Shown: positions 1-8,067 of the stretch, one piece after another
How the letters are laid out: each line of letters starts with the position of its first letter
How positions within the stretch are numbered: the stretch's first letter is position 1
IMG/VR virus record: IMGVR_UViG_3300025018_000395
Location: 1-31,326 of that record
DNA: 31,326 nt
Reading direction: 5' to 3' (one strand)
From: a virus
Taxonomy: Duplodnaviria > Caudoviricetes
Made by a program: the position numbers and the translations under genes
The notes under the pieces: generated by a model
What the model was told of the DNA's origin: nothing
What the model saw: only the letters and a program-made list of their open reading frames with translations
Database searches by the model: none

Positions 1-30
1 TTTAACCCAAACGGCGCGGATTATTTTCCC

Positions 31-264
31 CTACTCTTTAAATCCCTGGAATAACCTTGACTTATTCTGTTTTGTTTTGACCCCAAGGGCCCTACAAATT
101 CTGTTAAGATCCACAGGGTTAGGGTGTTCGTATTGCTCCCAAAAGATTTTATGGATTTTGCTAGGCGAGCATTTGAGTAATCTTGCAAGTGCTGATCGAT
201 TTTTTATGTCTTGCTTTATCATTTGCTCGGTCCAGTAAATTCTATTTACTTTTATCGGGTTCAT
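31..264 (-). CDS. XRE/Cro-family helix-turn-helix DNA-binding protein
   Basis: RSALARLLKCSPSKIHKI...LNRICRALGV fits the XRE HTH pattern. Start moved to ATG 264, which follows a purine-rich AGGGGG RBS. Confidence 0.7.
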   Translation of the reverse strand: MNPIKVNRIYWTEQMIKQDIKNRSALARLLKCSPSKIHKIFWEQYEHPNPVDLNRICRALGVKTKQNKSRLFQGFKE

Positions 265-1114
265 CTTTCCCCCTTTGTGCAAAAAGTTCGCCTGCGGTAG
301 GTCCATCTATTACATTTTTATTTTTAGGTGATTTGACTTTCTCAACAACATTGAACCAATCATTACGCTTTGTAATTCCATCGTTAAGGCTCCTATATAT
401 GCCTGTATATTCAACCAGATCATCTTGAGTCATTTTCGCAACTTTGTAACCAAGCCGCATTTCAATATCATCTTTCTCTATTCCAAGTTTTCCAAACGCC
501 ACAATCATGTCTCTTACCCTATCCGTTAATGGTTTATTATTCCCACCGGATAATGTTTTCTGGCATTCGGTTACAGCTGCTTCTACAATGTCACCTGGTA
601 TGATTTGTAAAATACAGGCTCTTAATCTTCGCGCGCCATTGTTAGCCGTCATTTCATATATGTCTCGTGGGTCCGAAAGCTCGGAGTTGCCAAATTTTTT
701 AGAATATCTTATATGGTCAACCCTAAATTGTCTCGTAGCTTTCACGTTGTTTTCCATATCCCAGCAGAATGCTTCCATGATAGAATAACCTTTGCCTTGG
801 CTTAGTTCTCTTATCCCATAGTCAAGGTGCTTGTAGTTTCTGGCCAATACCTCAGCAAGCCGAATGCTTGGGCCCGATACTGTTTGCCCACCCCTGGGAT
901 AAGAATAAATTGCAGTTTCTGCAAGGCCTGTCCTTTGGCATTCTTTTAGTATTGCATTGTATGTAACATTAATGTCACGCGGGAACTTGTTTGCAATAAT
1001 GATCGCCCCCTGAACTTCTTGGATTGCCCTCGATGATTCTACCTGATATAGGTCTTTTGTCTCATTCTTTTGCAGATCTAGTGATTCTTGTTTAACTGTT
1101 TCGATTTTAGTCAT
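242..1114 (-). CDS. Conserved phage protein, putative single-strand annealing/recombinase partner of YqaJ
   Basis: Motifs AIQEVQGAIIIANKFPRD, YSYPRGG..VSGPSIRLAE and ARRLRACIL. Overlaps the 3' end of yqaJ in the position a Red-beta/RecT partner would take, so function is inferred from gene order. ATG 1114 is 7 nt from AAGGAG. Confidence 0.55.
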   Translation of the reverse strand: MTKIETVKQESLDLQKNETKDLYQVESSRAIQEVQGAIIIANKFPRDINVTYNAILKECQRTGLAETAIYSYPRGGQTVSGPSIRLAEVLARNYKHLDYGIRELSQGKGYSIMEAFCWDMENNVKATRQFRVDHIRYSKKFGNSELSDPRDIYEMTANNGARRLRACILQIIPGDIVEAAVTECQKTLSGGNNKPLTDRVRDMIVAFGKLGIEKDDIEMRLGYKVAKMTQDDLVEYTGIYRSLNDGITKRNDWFNVVEKVKSPKNKNVIDGPTAGELFAQRGKDEPDKSK

Positions 1115-2030
1115 TGTCATTCTCCTTTTTCTTTTCTGTGATTCTTAAAACTCTCATTTTTGTTATTGTTTGATACTTTTCTGCAATATCAGGCTGTTCT
1201 TCGGCTAACCGCTTGACATCTATTGACTTTCTTGTTTGATTTTTCCAGGTTATTCTATAGTCATCTAGCTGCGCGGTTTCGTGATCTTGCATGTGATATT
1301 TAATCACATTCTCACTCTCTTTCATTCTTGTCGTTGCATCGTCGATCAGTTTTTTGTCTGAAATTCTTTGCTCTATTGCTCGTTTAACATGTATTGATTC
1401 ATCTCCAAATTTTAGGGCGGGCTGATTTGCATTTGGAAATAATGCAAACAAAACGTCAGAGTCTCTGGACGTTACGACTTCCGGCATTGCATCTGCCAAT
1501 ATGTGATTGTTCCAAAATTTAACCTCTGCGTCGATTAGATGCGAAATCTGGTTTTTGTGTTCGTCTCTATTTATTTTCTTGATTTTAAATTCGTGATTTC
1601 CGATTAAAACTGCCAGATAGCATGTTTTTGCTCGTGCAACTGCCAGATAATGATAGCACTGTAAGAGATATTCGACCGGTACATCGTCATTCCATTCTGA
1701 GGCCTTATAAGCGCTGCAGGTTTTGGCCTCAAGGATTGCATTTTCTCCCACAATACGGCGGTCGATGTTAGCACATAAAAAGCTATGCTCTTTATGTGTA
1801 ATAACATCATTGACGCGACGCACATTTAACCCTGTCTCCTCTGTGAATAGCTCACAGACGATTTGCTCTAGCCTGATGCCTAATTTTACTGGCAGCTTGT
1901 CGCTAATGTTTCCGGGTTCGACCCTACCCGTCTTTTCAGCCCACAATGCGATTGGACTTTTCCATCGACTCAAACCCATAACGGCGGCTGCGTCGCTCCC
2001 GCCCAGGTAGTGTCGTCGTTCTATGTTCAT
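1107..2030 (-). CDS. yqaJ: YqaJ-family (lambda exonuclease-like) viral recombinase nuclease
   Basis: RRHYLGGSDAAAVMGLSRWKSP, G..LE, ANIDR, ILEAKT and YLLQCYHYL motifs. AGGAGGT RBS. Confidence 0.92.
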   Translation of the reverse strand: MNIERRHYLGGSDAAAVMGLSRWKSPIALWAEKTGRVEPGNISDKLPVKLGIRLEQIVCELFTEETGLNVRRVNDVITHKEHSFLCANIDRRIVGENAILEAKTCSAYKASEWNDDVPVEYLLQCYHYLAVARAKTCYLAVLIGNHEFKIKKINRDEHKNQISHLIDAEVKFWNNHILADAMPEVVTSRDSDVLFALFPNANQPALKFGDESIHVKRAIEQRISDKKLIDDATTRMKESENVIKYHMQDHETAQLDDYRITWKNQTRKSIDVKRLAEEQPDIAEKYQTITKMRVLRITEKKKENDND

Positions 2031-2191
2031 TTTGTCACCTCCTTATATATTTTTACTGTTGTTTCATTTGCGTTTTTTTAACACTATGCAATTGCTCGCG
2101 CCTGTTCTGGTTTAATGTTCATAGATCCGTAGACGTTCCGAATCTGCGACATATCCCATTGATTATGATGGCGTTTAACGTATGTTGCTGG

Positions 2192-2572
2192 TCACCAATA
2201 CCACATTTGTTTTTTAGCTGCGTATCTAAGCCCAGCCGATTTTAACTCATTTTTGTGTGTTTTGGTGTTTCCGCTGATACAGAGCCAGGCGCCGCATATT
2301 TCTAGCGTTAGCCCAGATAGATGTTTCAATTTGTTGACCAAGTCTTGTATTATGTCATCTAGAGGTGTGTCGCTATTAGCACTGTCAAATGACCACTGGC
2401 CATAAGTTTTTTTTAGTAGGTCATACGCTGCATTGATTAGTTTCTGGATTTCTAGTCCGTCAGGGTTAATGTCGGGGTGATATTGTTTGCATTTTGTCTT
2501 CCACGCCGATTTGAGTGATTCGGATGTGTTTGAGTCTGGCCTGATAATGTTTATGGCCTCTTGGATTGTCAT
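2192..2572 (-). CDS. J-domain (DnaJ-like, HPD motif) phage protein, apparently truncated by an in-frame TGA; frame continues to 2084
   Basis: LKSAWKTKCKQYHPDINP...INAAYD J-domain, followed by LEICGAWLCISGNTK.HK.ELK.AG...KKQMWYW. Thirty-five further sense codons follow the TGA. Confidence 0.75.
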   Translation of the reverse strand: MTIQEAINIIRPDSNTSESLKSAWKTKCKQYHPDINPDGLEIQKLINAAYDLLKKTYGQWSFDSANSDTPLDDIIQDLVNKLKHLSGLTLEICGAWLCISGNTKTHKNELKSAGLRYAAKKQMWYW

Positions 2573-2605
2573 AGACGACCTCTTATTTTGTTAATCATAG
2601 GAGAG

Positions 2606-2665
2606 GTTATAATACAGCAATCACAATATGTCAAGAAAAAAAATCAAAAAAAATCAAAAAAAATG
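2606..2665 (-). promoter_or_regulatory. Strong sigma70-type promoter with phased A/T-tract UP element
   Basis: Minus strand TTGACA (2634-2629), 17 bp, TATAAC (2611-2606). Three T7-8 tracts with 10-bp spacing lie directly upstream. GAGG RBS precedes ATG 2572. Confidence 0.8.
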
Positions 2666-2738
2666 TATGGGCGGGTGGAGATTAAATTAATGTGTAAGAT
2701 GATAATATTAAATGGGAATCGGTTATATGATCATGTAT

Positions 2739-3275
2739 TCATGTGATTAGGAGTTTTTGACAGTTTTTGCAAATAAATTTATGATCCAATATATGATAGA
2801 TTTGTTTTTTAGTCCCATTTGCGGTTAACATGTGGCCGCGTGACCTCTGGTATGTCGCTCCCCATAAAGCACGGTGCACAGCGGTCCTCATGTCGACATG
2901 TATGCCGCCGTTTGGCCGCCACTCTGGATATAGGCCGACACCGCGGAAATCCAGCCGTATCGCCTCGATATACAGATCTAGGGTATTGACCCCTGATGCG
3001 TATATATCAGCTGCAATGCCGGCCCCGTGAGTGCCTGTATCGCCGTCTCGATAGCCGGACAATATTATGATAGGCCCGCGGATAATGGTTCGCAATCGCT
3101 CCAGTTCCGCAATTAATACATGCTGCATCATGTCAGGATCACCCCAGTTTTCAGATGCGGTAAAATATTTATACTGCGTCCAATCTATACATGGCTTCGG
3201 GGTTGGTGCATGTTGGTTAATTGCAGTGGAGTGTTTATCAATATATACACTAGTAATGTCATCGTAGGTACTCAT
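2739..3275 (-). CDS. Endolysin, peptidase M15A-family Zn peptidase
   Basis: ILSGYR, H..G.AADI, GVGLY and IHVDMR (His/Asp/His zinc ligands). Last gene of the late operon. Confidence 0.85.
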   Translation of the reverse strand: MSTYDDITSVYIDKHSTAINQHAPTPKPCIDWTQYKYFTASENWGDPDMMQHVLIAELERLRTIIRGPIIILSGYRDGDTGTHGAGIAADIYASGVNTLDLYIEAIRLDFRGVGLYPEWRPNGGIHVDMRTAVHRALWGATYQRSRGHMLTANGTKKQIYHILDHKFICKNCQKLLIT

Positions 3276-3290
3276 ATTTGTTCACTTACC

Positions 3291-3569
3291 CTATAGGTGC
3301 TTTATCAATTTGACAATTATCGTACCGATTCCGCCGGTTAGTAATGTGAGAGCTGCTAAAATCGCACGATGCCAACGTCGATCGCTCTCAATGTTAGATT
3401 CGATTGTTATCAACCTGTGTGCGTGATCGTCTATCAAGTCCCATTGTTTTCGACTACATGCGTGTATTTCATTGACCTTTTCTCTCATTTGGTCGTTGAC
3501 TGTTGTTAATCGCGTGATCTCCTTCAATATTTCGACTGTATCATGTGAGTATTTGCGGCCGTCTGTCAT
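3291..3569 (-). CDS. Holin-like membrane protein (coiled coil plus one C-terminal TM helix)
   Basis: C-terminal AILAALTLLTGGIGTIIV hydrophobic helix. Directly upstream of the endolysin; ATGA overlap with the previous gene. Confidence 0.5.
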   Translation of the reverse strand: MTDGRKYSHDTVEILKEITRLTTVNDQMREKVNEIHACSRKQWDLIDDHAHRLITIESNIESDRRWHRAILAALTLLTGGIGTIIVKLIKHL

Positions 3570-6500
3570 TTGGTTGCCTCGCTTTGCTTAATTTTGATGA
3601 TTTGCACTAGCATGTTTGATATGTCGTCATTGATTGCACCGGTTTTGATAAGAGACGTAATGAGATTTTTTTTCCCATCTCTATCAAGCCCTTGCATTTC
3701 TTTGTATATATTGACTGCTCGCTCGTTGTCGTTGCGTCCAAACATGTCTTGTGTCATAATTTTGACACTTAGATTCTTGCCTTTCAGTTTGGCTTTGATG
3801 GCGTGTAATAGCGGTTTGTTGTTATCTAGCGATTCAATTGCTTTGGCAGCGAGTTCTGGGTTGTTTTTGCGCATCTCTTTTAGTTCCATAATCGCGTTTT
3901 CAGCTGCGATGTTTAGCGTTTCCTTACTTTCTCGCTTGCTCATGATGCGATTGTAAGCGGCTGCCTTGTCTTTTAATGCTTTGATTGTATCTGATTGTTT
4001 GGCGCCTAATACGGATCGTTCTTTGTTGTGATATTCTTTTGCCTGTGGTGTCGCATAAGTTCCAAATATACCGCCTTGAATCTTGGTTCCCATTGTGTAA
4101 GGTAATACGTATCTAATGCGACCGCTAGGTGACTCACTGTAACCCTGTATTGTGTCTCTCAATCCTTCATATGTTTTTTTCGACTGCACTCCTGCGGGTA
4201 CGTATGGCACTAAAGCATTGCTAATTGATCTGCCGCGTTGCTCCATACTTGGGATGTTTCCCCATTTGTCACGCGCTCCAATTATGGTTTTTCCTATTTC
4301 CAACGGTGCTTTAATAGCTGGCGGTGCTCCAAAACGGAGCATTGGGATAAAGTCTTTCCATTCCATACCAATTGCTTTGCCGATAGTTGCAGCTATAGCA
4401 AGAGATCCTAGGCTATATCGCATAAGTCCAGCATAGTCTTTAGTGTGGGCCATTTCAGCAAGAAACTCGCCCTGTTTGAGCGTGTAAGTTTGGAATTGTG
4501 CTAATAGTTTGGCGATGTCAGATTGTAGGGCCACTGGGGTGTCAATACTTCCAAAAGTGAATTGTGTATCTCTTACAAGCTTCTTTGCGTACTCAATTGC
4601 TTCGTTTTCGCTCATTCCCATTGCCAAGGCTTTGGATTTACCGCCATAATATGCTGCTCCACGGTTAATTTTCTCGACTGAGTCAAACAAGTAAAACAAT
4701 TTCCTGTCAAATTTTTCCCAAAATTTACGCGTAGAGCTAAGAGCGCGGTCCTGTATAATATCCTGTCCTAATGCTCCGTTCTCAATTAGTTCTTTGGTCC
4801 CTTTGGTTAATAGGTCGTAATATCCTTTAATTGTGTATTTTTCCCCAAGTTTTGCGTAGGTATTAACCCCCTGTGTCAAGTTCTTTACGGCTGAACCAAC
4901 ATTTAACCCAAGTGCACCACGGTATATCATTTGCCTAGCAGTTCTTGTCAGGCTGGTAACTGGTCGTTGACCAAGTTTGTAACCGATAACGCTTTTAATT
5001 GTGTTGTCCACCAAGTTATCTAATTTGGTTGGTCGTAGATTAACGCGGTCAATATATTTCTTGACATAGTCATATTGGCTTTGTTCTAGCCCCTCGGCTT
5101 TTTTAGCAAGTGGTTTAAGCGCTACATCCATGTTGTATTTGCGCGTTGCACGTTTAACGTAGGCATCTAGTGCGCGCCATGTGTCTTCAATATATCCTTT
5201 TTTACCAAGTCGTTCTTCCAAAAATGGATCGTAAACGCTGCCTGGTACTTTATCCTTAATTATATTGGCAAGGTCTTGGTCAAATTCCTTTTGGATGAAG
5301 TCGGGCTCAAATATGTGTGTAATATAATGCGAGATTCGCTTATCTTCAGGGAGTTTGAGTTTTTCCGCCCACTCTTTCAAGTATGCTTTGACTTCGCTGG
5401 CAACCTGCATTTCTTCCGGTGTCAGATTAATAGTAGTATCTCCGTCAAGATAATTAAATATCTTTGCATTGCCAATTTTGCTAACTCGCTTAGACCATGC
5501 CGTGACTTTATCGATTTCTTGCGGTAATTCTTTAATGTATTTGTCATATTGTCGCCTCAATAGTCCTGCTTCTTTTTCGAGTCCAATCTTTTTAAGCACT
5601 CTGTCTGGCGTTCTAATGTAATCTAGGAGGTTAACCTTCTTTTTGACATCTATGTTTCCTTTTGATATAGTTTGGCCCAATGATTCAGCTTGATCAAATA
5701 CTTTGGATTGTCCCATTAATTTTTGGGCTACCGTTTCTGGCGTTGCAAGCTTTGTGCGCAATTGGTGTTGTTCAGTGGATTCTGTCACATCCTGAAGACC
5801 TTCAAGAGCAGTTCGCTTTGATTCTTGTGCTAGTGGCTTCATTTGCTGTGGCGGTGTATTGATAGAAACATTTTCAGGATTATATATTACGGTTGTAAAA
5901 TCTTTTTTAGATTGTCCTTTCGTTGTTAATCCATCATATCCAATAGAATTTACAATACGGCCTATTGTTGATGTATCTTTTGATTTTCTTAGATGTCTGT
6001 TTATACTCATGACTATGTCTCCAGCCGGCCTGTCGAATGTATCAACATTGCCGATACTGGTTTTAATCCATCCATCTTCGTATATTGCTTTTATTCCAGC
6101 TTCATTTAATTTATCAATAATTTTAGAATAATCAGCGTCGTTTAATATTTTAGATCTGTCATAAATATCCAATATGTTGAGATTTTCAGGAATTGTAGTA
6201 TCTATAATATTTCTTCCATACCTTCCTGCTTTTTCCTTACTGTTTGTTAGGTATATTCCTTTACCATATGCGTCGGTTTTTATTCCTTCTGATAGTTTGA
6301 ATTTGTCAAATTCTTTATTTGTACCGTGATAAAGTTTATCGCTTTGAGCTTGTTCTAATGGCCTTGTAACTTGTATACTTCCCGCCGTGGCTTCCATATT
6401 TGGCTTTAGAGCGGTTTTTGCAGTCAGACCCTTGTCTTGGTATTCTTCGAAACCTGCTCTTTCCATTATTAGATCATACAAATCGATTTCACGCTTGTTT

Positions 6501-7501
6501 TTTGGTTTATTTTCAGCTCCGCTCAATATGTGATCAGTAACTTTTTTAATTAATTTAGAATCTCGCATTGATGAACCAGCTTCTTTTGAGTATTCTGGCA
6601 ACCAATCTGGGAAGGTTGATTTTTCTGCATTAATCAATTCACCTTCATTAAAATATTTTTTTCCTGTCGATGCGGATCTTAGGTCGCGGATTATTTCTGC
6701 AAGTGCAATGTCTTCGTCGGAATATTTTATTTCTGGCTCAATTTTTTTATTTTTAACACTTTCAAAGAATTTTATTAAGTCATCCAATGAGTCTTCTGTT
6801 ATTTTTTCTTCTACTGTAGGGTCTGCGAATTTTGTTAATATTTCGTCGTTAGATAAGTTCTTTGAACTTCCAACAGTTCGTTTTTTGAAAAATTCCTTAA
6901 ACTTGTCAATCACTGGTTTGCCTTTTTTAAGTAAAGGCTTTGCGGCGCTAATTGCAAATTCTCCTCCGGCTCCAAGTACGCCATATGTTGCGCCTGTTAT
7001 TGGGTCACCGCCTGATTGCATTAGCCCAATTGCGCTCGATGCGATTCCCTCGTCAAGTGCTCTTCCTATTGCTGTTGATGCTTTGTATGTGGTCAATCTT
7101 TTCGCAAGTGTTTTTTCTGCGAGCTCTCCGGCTGCTCTTTTTTTTGCTGCTTTTTTAACCAATGATTCGGTTAATAGTTTACCGGCGCCAATTGCTTTCG
7201 TTGCTTTTAACGCCGGAATGAATTGTGATACTTCGCCGGCGATTTCACCTGTTGTTCTGGCAGCTTTTTGTAAGCCAGTGAGTGAGTCATATGGCATATT
7301 ATAGGATGACATAAGGGATTGATCATTTGGCATTGTATAATCGCCCAACGCACCACGGCTAGCATAGTTTGCTATATCCATTGATGTTGATGCGAGTTTT
7401 TCGAAAGGTCGTAAAAATCCACCGCTTAATTGGTCGAAAGCGCTTGTTTTATAATTACGTTTTGATCGTTTAGATTCTAATTTTTGCTGTTGTTTAAGCA
7501 A
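3566..7501 (-). CDS. Large internal virion/ejection (polyvalent) protein with an ART-PolyVal-like ADP-ribosyltransferase domain; true start probably ATG 7656 via a frameshift
   Basis: 1311 aa, mostly helical, at the end of the structural module. LYHGTNKEFDKF...YGKGIYLT...A.RYG...GYDG...VIYNPENV at about 6340-5860. C-terminal LGLNVGSAVKNLTQ and VRDTQFTFG...FQTY region is typical of such proteins. Confidence 0.7.
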   Translation of the reverse strand: MLKQQQKLESKRSKRNYKTSAFDQLSGGFLRPFEKLASTSMDIANYASRGALGDYTMPNDQSLMSSYNMPYDSLTGLQKAARTTGEIAGEVSQFIPALKATKAIGAGKLLTESLVKKAAKKRAAGELAEKTLAKRLTTYKASTAIGRALDEGIASSAIGLMQSGGDPITGATYGVLGAGGEFAISAAKPLLKKGKPVIDKFKEFFKKRTVGSSKNLSNDEILTKFADPTVEEKITEDSLDDLIKFFESVKNKKIEPEIKYSDEDIALAEIIRDLRSASTGKKYFNEGELINAEKSTFPDWLPEYSKEAGSSMRDSKLIKKVTDHILSGAENKPKNKREIDLYDLIMERAGFEEYQDKGLTAKTALKPNMEATAGSIQVTRPLEQAQSDKLYHGTNKEFDKFKLSEGIKTDAYGKGIYLTNSKEKAGRYGRNIIDTTIPENLNILDIYDRSKILNDADYSKIIDKLNEAGIKAIYEDGWIKTSIGNVDTFDRPAGDIVMSINRHLRKSKDTSTIGRIVNSIGYDGLTTKGQSKKDFTTVIYNPENVSINTPPQQMKPLAQESKRTALEGLQDVTESTEQHQLRTKLATPETVAQKLMGQSKVFDQAESLGQTISKGNIDVKKKVNLLDYIRTPDRVLKKIGLEKEAGLLRRQYDKYIKELPQEIDKVTAWSKRVSKIGNAKIFNYLDGDTTINLTPEEMQVASEVKAYLKEWAEKLKLPEDKRISHYITHIFEPDFIQKEFDQDLANIIKDKVPGSVYDPFLEERLGKKGYIEDTWRALDAYVKRATRKYNMDVALKPLAKKAEGLEQSQYDYVKKYIDRVNLRPTKLDNLVDNTIKSVIGYKLGQRPVTSLTRTARQMIYRGALGLNVGSAVKNLTQGVNTYAKLGEKYTIKGYYDLLTKGTKELIENGALGQDIIQDRALSSTRKFWEKFDRKLFYLFDSVEKINRGAAYYGGKSKALAMGMSENEAIEYAKKLVRDTQFTFGSIDTPVALQSDIAKLLAQFQTYTLKQGEFLAEMAHTKDYAGLMRYSLGSLAIAATIGKAIGMEWKDFIPMLRFGAPPAIKAPLEIGKTIIGARDKWGNIPSMEQRGRSISNALVPYVPAGVQSKKTYEGLRDTIQGYSESPSGRIRYVLPYTMGTKIQGGIFGTYATPQAKEYHNKERSVLGAKQSDTIKALKDKAAAYNRIMSKRESKETLNIAAENAIMELKEMRKNNPELAAKAIESLDNNKPLLHAIKAKLKGKNLSVKIMTQDMFGRNDNERAVNIYKEMQGLDRDGKKNLITSLIKTGAINDDISNMLVQIIKIKQSEATK

Positions 7502-7672
7502 TTCTGGGTCATATTGTTGATCATATTTTTCTGGTGCGGCTCTAAGCTCTGGTATGTTTGCAGGAATGTAAATTTCAGGGGATGAGCCTATTCTATCTTC
7601 ATCGTCTAATAGGTTATATCCATCAATTGATTTTTTGCTTTTTTTTTTAATTCCATATAGCTACCCTTGTAT

Positions 7673-8053
7673 TTATTTGTCTAGTAGATTCAGAAGCTCT
7701 TCAGTGCTGCCTGAATGTTTATAGTATTTGCCAAGCTTTCGTTTTTTTAATTCTTCTTCTCTTCTTATTTGTTCATCAAAACTTATTTGTCCTTTTTTCT
7801 TTGTTTGTGTCTTAGGTTGGTTGTAATATGGGCCAATCATTTCATTTTTATATTTTAACTCTTGTTGATAATCTTTATCTAATTTATCTGAATATTCTTT
7901 CTGTTTCCGTATAAAATCAGCCTCAAGTGCTGCTTTTCTTTTTGCGTCTTCGTCGCTTTGTTCATATTGCTTGTGCTTCTGTTTTCCATATTGTTCAAGA
8001 CCAGCCCCGGCACCTGCTAATAAACTTGCTGCAATTGCTTTTCTCCAATCCAT
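7673..8053 (-). CDS. Small ejection/internal virion protein (putative)
   Basis: N-terminal AIAASLLAGAGAGL followed by charged helices; lies within the ejectosome cluster. Confidence 0.45.
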   Translation of the reverse strand: MDWRKAIAASLLAGAGAGLEQYGKQKHKQYEQSDEDAKRKAALEADFIRKQKEYSDKLDKDYQQELKYKNEMIGPYYNQPKTQTKKKGQISFDEQIRREEELKKRKLGKYYKHSGSTEELLNLLDK

Positions 8054-8067
8054 GGCGGTTCCCTTTA

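Noticed and set aside
2192-2194. Genome-wide TGA reassignment (genetic code 4 or 25) as the explanation for the in-frame stop
   Set aside because: TGA acts as a normal stop in many ATGA overlaps (3566, 17232, 22456, 28367, 29694), and the long genes are intact in code 11.
2561-2746. 61-aa plus-strand ORF in the intergenic region
   Set aside because: It runs across the minus-strand promoter and A-tracts, which explain its poly-Lys content.
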